From a virus, in the UHGV virus genome UHGV-1372857: 47,784 nt of DNA. One strand, 5' to 3'. This document shows, one piece after another, positions 43,512-47,784 of this stretch. Within the stretch, counting starts at the first letter, position 1. Each line of letters opens with the position of its first letter. The position numbers and the translations under genes were made by a program. Under the pieces are notes generated by a model. It had not been told where the DNA came from. It saw only the letters and a list, made by a program, of their open reading frames with translations, and did no database searches.

Positions 43512-45939
43512 TGTTCCTGCTGGCACTAATCTGTGGAGATGGCTGGAGAATTCTGGCCTTCCATCTGATATCAGGATCGCATTGAATGGCCGCATTTTTG
43601 GCCTTGATGATGAATTGTCGATATCGTTAAAACAAAATGATATAGTTAACATTTACTGCCAGCCTCGCGGCGCCATTGGCGACCTTATCAGCACGATACT
43701 CAAGCCTGTAACTAAGGTTCTTTCTTTTCTGTTGCCAAAAGCATCAACACCATCAACCAGCACTGGCACGACAGTTGAATCACCGAACAACAGCCTGAAG
43801 TCGCAGACCAATATTGCACGTAACGGTGAGGCAAGACCTGACAACTTCGGTCAGGTAAGGGCATTCCCTGACCTGATTCAGGAATCGCTTTTTGAATACA
43901 TTGACGATCTGAAGTACGTCACTGAGTTCATGAACTTCGGCCTTGGGAAATACACCATTTCATCAGTTCGCTATGCGGAAACTAATCTTGGTTCTCTGCC
44001 CGGCGCCACTCATGTCATCTACAATCCAGGTGATGTGATTGGACAAATCATTGAGCCTTACCAGTTCGACGGGCTTGATGGTCAGGAGGTTCCGGGGCTA
44101 AACGAGTCAGAAGATACCCCGATAGAGACGGCAACCACAACATCTGTTACCAGTGGAAATTATGCTGGCGGCCAGCTGTTGATGGTCATACCAAAAAACA
44201 CCGATTTCGATTACTTCATGGGGCTATCCCTTCCTCACTCGGTAACATTAACAATAAATATCACTTACAATACAACATCCGGACCTGTAACAAAAAATAT
44301 CGAACTCAGCGGTAACATCATTTCAGCTGAGGAAACTGAGACAGGCGTCATTCCTGATATTCAGTATTTTTATAATTTCACATTCAATAACCTGACTGGC
44401 GAAAATCTTGGCAACCTGAGCGGCGCAACCATCAACAACACTTATTTTCAGATTGTGGATAATGAGGCGCTTGTTGTTGGCCCATATGTTGGGGCTGTGG
44501 AATCAACGCAGGTTTGGGTTCACGTTCAGTCTGAGCTTGGGCCGACCAGTGGCACGGCAGATTATCTGATCAAGGTATGGGCGGTTGATGATAATGGGGA
44601 TGCCATTCCAGGAACTGAGGAGCAGCTCGCAGACAGCATTGACAACCCATTTAATCAGACAACAAAAACCTATTATCGCACGTATAAGTTAACCCCTGCT
44701 TATGGGCTGGCTAAGTATGCCATCAGCATTGAAAGAACAAACAACTCAAACTCTGGCAACCGCGTAACATTGCAGGCAGCGCACGCTATCAACATCCGCG
44801 AGAATGTGGTTTATCCTGATGATACCCTTGTTAAAGTAACGGTGAAGGCCACACTTCAACCAACGTCAGTATCTGAGCGCAAATATAATGCGCTGATCAC
44901 ACGCTGGACTATTGGATACAACAGAACAACCGGGACAGTCGACTATACGTTAACTCCATCAAGAAGTTTTGCAGATTCAGTGCTGCATAACTGGCTTATT
45001 ACCGCTGGTCAGTCTGAAAGCACTATTGACGTGGGAAGGCTCTATGAAATAGCTGATGCGCTGCCTGATGAGCGCCTTGGGTATTTTGATTACACATTTG
45101 ACGATGAGGATAAGTCTATTGGTGAGCGAATTCAGACCATCTGTGATGCGGCTCGCGTGACGGTGTTTTGGGATGATGGCGTCTTGTCTTTCTCAAGAGA
45201 TGAGCAAAAATCAACCCCTGAAACTGTTTTTAATACCAGAAACACGCAGGCTGATGGCTATAAAATGTCTTATGACATGACTTTGCCGGGTTCATATGAT
45301 GGCGTAAGCGTTCAGTACCGAGACCCAAACACCAACAAGCAGGCTTACGTTTATTATAAAGTTGGCACTTCTGGTATCGAACCGGGAGAGCCAACTAAGC
45401 CGAAAAAATTCGACATGCTATATGTTCGAAACCTGTACCAGGCAACAGACCGGGCCATGCTTGAGTGCAATCGCCTGATGTACTCACGTCGCGGAATGGA
45501 GATAAAAGCGCTTGCTGATGGCGAGTGGGTGAACGTTGGCGATATGATTTCTGTTGTCGACATTTATGATTCAGTGCAGCAGACTGGAGTTATCCGTTCA
45601 AGGTCTGGAAACGTATTTACCACCAGTGAACAGCTCACGGCGGGAAGCGGCCTGTTTGTGGTTATCACCGGCGCTAACGGGAATGTGTCAGAACGCCTGG
45701 CCTGCATCGTTACTGGATTGAATACATTCGAGTGCGCATTACCATCTGATTTCGAGTTGAACATTTTTGACGGTGTTAATGTTCAGTCAGAATCAAGATA
45801 TGCCATCTCCACAGAGGTCGAACTTGACTCAACGTTATGGACAGTCAGCCAGAAAACTCCAGGTACAGATGGCACGGTGTCTCTCACAGTAACTGAGTAC
45901 AATGACGCCATGTACGCCTACACCAACCCTGTTGCGTGA
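43459..45939 (+). CDS. tail tip / host-specificity protein with a gpI-like N-terminal segment fused to a gpJ-like body
   Basis: 826 aa. Residues ~100-150 ([22 protein letters not shown]) parallel the C-terminal region of lambda gpI. The remainder is a beta-rich gpJ-like domain. Start is uncertain (43459 or 43483). Confidence 0.55.
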   Translation: MPVIHIQKMPGVPKETGDVPAGTNLWRWLENSGLPSDIRIALNGRIFGLDDELSISLKQNDIVNIYCQPRGAIGDLISTILKPVTKVLSFLLPKASTPSTSTGTTVESPNNSLKSQTNIARNGEARPDNFGQVRAFPDLIQESLFEYIDDLKYVTEFMNFGLGKYTISSVRYAETNLGSLPGATHVIYNPGDVIGQIIEPYQFDGLDGQEVPGLNESEDTPIETATTTSVTSGNYAGGQLLMVIPKNTDFDYFMGLSLPHSVTLTINITYNTTSGPVTKNIELSGNIISAEETETGVIPDIQYFYNFTFNNLTGENLGNLSGATINNTYFQIVDNEALVVGPYVGAVESTQVWVHVQSELGPTSGTADYLIKVWAVDDNGDAIPGTEEQLADSIDNPFNQTTKTYYRTYKLTPAYGLAKYAISIERTNNSNSGNRVTLQAAHAINIRENVVYPDDTLVKVTVKATLQPTSVSERKYNALITRWTIGYNRTTGTVDYTLTPSRSFADSVLHNWLITAGQSESTIDVGRLYEIADALPDERLGYFDYTFDDEDKSIGERIQTICDAARVTVFWDDGVLSFSRDEQKSTPETVFNTRNTQADGYKMSYDMTLPGSYDGVSVQYRDPNTNKQAYVYYKVGTSGIEPGEPTKPKKFDMLYVRNLYQATDRAMLECNRLMYSRRGMEIKALADGEWVNVGDMISVVDIYDSVQQTGVIRSRSGNVFTTSEQLTAGSGLFVVITGANGNVSERLACIVTGLNTFECALPSDFELNIFDGVNVQSESRYAISTEVELDSTLWTVSQKTPGTDGTVSLTVTEYNDAMYAYTNPVA

Positions 45940-45977
45940 TACAATAGGGCAATTAATGATTATGGAGATTGCAGCCA

Positions 45978-47784
45978 ATGGCTACTACCCCAACTAACAA
46001 CCCAATCCCTTCAAATGACCTCGATGATTTCAGATTCAACTGCGAAAAAGTAGATGAAGAGGTTAACGGAAGTGCTGATTACTACACCGACCGATTCGGT
46101 GTACAGCGGCTGACCAGCACAGGAAGAAACAATGCATTTGATGCTCAATTGGCAGAGCAGCAAGTAGAATATTCTGATTTATTAGAAAATTTAATCCCCC
46201 TAAGTCGTCAATACATGACCCTGGCGGCGGCGCAGGCTGATATTGCTAATATCCCCGAGGGTTCCACAACCTACGTGAGAAGTTCAGACGGCAGCTCGCT
46301 GGCTGACGAGTACATCAACAACGGTGGAACGCTGGAGGCAACCGGGCGCCGAATGCCATCACAGGTTTATATCGACTCCCGCCTGACCGTCATCCAGCAA
46401 ATCCAGGATCAGTCACTCTATCGAGACAGTGTGGCGGGGTTTTCATTTCCGGTCATCTCAGCTGATAAACGTGTTATCGGATTTAAAAACGACGGCGGCG
46501 TGTATGTAGCAGACGTTGAAATTCCCGGCACAGATAAAATACCTCCGCGCGACGGGCCGCAATATATTTCCATTGTTAAGTCAAAGACGGACGGTCGCGT
46601 AGGTATTGGCTTTAACCCGGATACTGGCTTAACATTCGCTCTGCTTGATGATGATTCCGTTGCGTACATTGCTGACAGAATTGGTGGTGGAGGCGCTACC
46701 GTTCCTGAAATTCGTGGGGAATGGGGTTCGCGTGTATTTAATCCCAGACACTATATCGGCGACGAATACAACACAGCTTCTGTCCTTGATAAAGGTTCAC
46801 GTACTTTCGACGCGCGTCAGTTATCTGACGGTGTCCAGGATACGCTGGTGATGGGGGCGCCACTGGCTACGGCAATCCGTATTGCGTTGGTATATGGCCA
46901 GTCAAATGCGGGGCTTGGTGGCTCGACAGGCCGCATTGTTGATAGTGCGCCGTGGGCGTTTTCTGCATGGGGGTTTGCGGGAGTCAACGGCAGTAGTCGG
47001 CAGGGAACCGTTCATTTATCGCCAGCATCGCTCACCGACTTTGTACCGGCGCTGGACTACTCTGCTGCGCAGTCCCCAGCGATTTGCTCGGCGTACGGAA
47101 TCACGCAGCGTAACGCAGAGCTTGGGCGGGATGACCCGGGTTATATCGCCGCAACCGCCTGGCATGGCTCGCAGCCTATTAGCTCATTCTACCCGAACGC
47201 GCAGTCGGGATACTGGAACTACGAGAACGCAGTGACGTTCCTGCAGCGTGCCGTAGAGATTGCTGCGGAGTATGGCCGATCTGCTGTGCTTGACGTTATG
47301 CAGTGGATTCAAGGCGAAGCGGGACCAACCGGTCGCGATAACTACGCCACTCAGTTGAATGACCTTTTCAACACTATTCTACCCGGGTACAAAGCCGCAA
47401 CCGGACAGGCTAATGATGTTCAGGTTGCTATCTGGCAAACAAACATGTCGAAAGCCGCAAGCGGCGAGAACTACGCCAGTCAGGGACAATGGGACGTAGC
47501 GAAGAGCCGCGCAGATAGTTTCCTGGCTGGACCGATGTACCAGTTTAAGCTCGGTGACGAACCGGGTACTGGTCCCAGCACTGTTCACACAGGGCCAGAG
47601 GGCAGGTTGATGCTGGGTGAGACCTATGCGGACGTTTACTCCAGCATCGTTGATAAAGGAGCGTGGAAACCGGTACAGCCGGTGTCTGCGGTCCTATCCG
47701 GAAATATTGTCGATATCACTTTTGAAGGCACGCCTTTCGAGGCCTTTGGCGCAAAACTGTCAATCGATAGCGATTGGGTTCCAG
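45978..47784 (+). CDS. tail fibre/tailspike with a sialate-O-acetylesterase-like (SASA/SGNH) domain; 3'-partial at the window end
   Basis: ATG at 45978 (RBS ggag). IALVYGQSNAGLGG at 46881-46922 is the GQSN block of SASA-type carbohydrate esterases. The ORF is open to 47784 and continues in frame at position 1. Not in the ORF track because it lacks a stop codon. Confidence 0.6.
   Translation, partial: MATTPTNNPIPSNDLDDFRFNCEKVDEEVNGSADYYTDRFGVQRLTSTGRNNAFDAQLAEQQVEYSDLLENLIPLSRQYMTLAAAQADIANIPEGSTTYVRSSDGSSLADEYINNGGTLEATGRRMPSQVYIDSRLTVIQQIQDQSLYRDSVAGFSFPVISADKRVIGFKNDGGVYVADVEIPGTDKIPPRDGPQYISIVKSKTDGRVGIGFNPDTGLTFALLDDDSVAYIADRIGGGGATVPEIRGEWGSRVFNPRHYIGDEYNTASVLDKGSRTFDARQLSDGVQDTLVMGAPLATAIRIALVYGQSNAGLGGSTGRIVDSAPWAFSAWGFAGVNGSSRQGTVHLSPASLTDFVPALDYSAAQSPAICSAYGITQRNAELGRDDPGYIAATAWHGSQPISSFYPNAQSGYWNYENAVTFLQRAVEIAAEYGRSAVLDVMQWIQGEAGPTGRDNYATQLNDLFNTILPGYKAATGQANDVQVAIWQTNMSKAASGENYASQGQWDVAKSRADSFLAGPMYQFKLGDEPGTGPSTVHTGPEGRLMLGETYADVYSSIVDKGAWKPVQPVSAVLSGNIVDITFEGTPFEAFGAKLSIDSDWVP

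Noticed and set aside
1-47784. Integrase, excisionase, CI/Cro-type repressor, attL/attR
   Set aside because: No ORF has tyrosine- or serine-recombinase features. The only XRE-type protein is the HigA-like antitoxin. The two tRNAs are intact and not at an edge of the element.

Overview
The window reads as one complete ~47.8-kb tailed-phage genome, siphovirus-like, cut open inside a tail-fibre gene: the ORF that runs off the 3' end at 47784 continues in frame at position 1. It has no integrase, no CI-like repressor and no DNA polymerase, so it looks like a virulent, T1-like phage (low confidence on the T1-like label).

Layout:
- A single AT-rich, iteron-rich control region at 9260-9717 sends two divergent transcription units.
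- Leftward (minus strand, 9259 down to 1323): a replication and recombination module with an AP2-domain protein, a DUF3987-like protein, a Zn-ribbon primase on the opposite strand, an SF2 helicase, VRR-NUC, a PD-(D/E)XK nuclease, a P-loop ATPase and a frameshifted ssb.
- Rightward (plus strand): early small genes including an Ea22-like protein, then terminase small and large subunits, portal, head morphogenesis protein, a lysis cassette, scaffold/protease, decoration protein, major capsid, connector and tail genes, two tRNAs, major tail protein, chaperone, tape measure, gpM/L/K-like proteins, an I-J-like tip protein and an esterase-domain tail fibre that wraps to position 1, followed by a 251-aa fibre-associated gene.
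- Both units end at one bidirectional terminator at 1297-1322.
- Six accessory blocks are inserted in the structural arm, mostly on the minus strand.

The most unusual items:
- A 1.3-kb non-coding gap inside the tail module carries tRNA-Arg(UCU), tRNA-Met(CAU) and three paralogous hairpin units with a conserved inner stem and a covarying outer stem.
- An orphan HigA-like antitoxin sits in a four-gene coupled operon between terminase and portal.
- A TTGACG-TAGATT promoter family occurs at ten or more sites, and the late operons use extended -10 promoters.
- A Lar-like anti-restriction gene is present.
- Two moron proteins share a DDExDLNxCIG motif.
- The tail fibre carries a sialate-O-acetylesterase-like GQSN domain.
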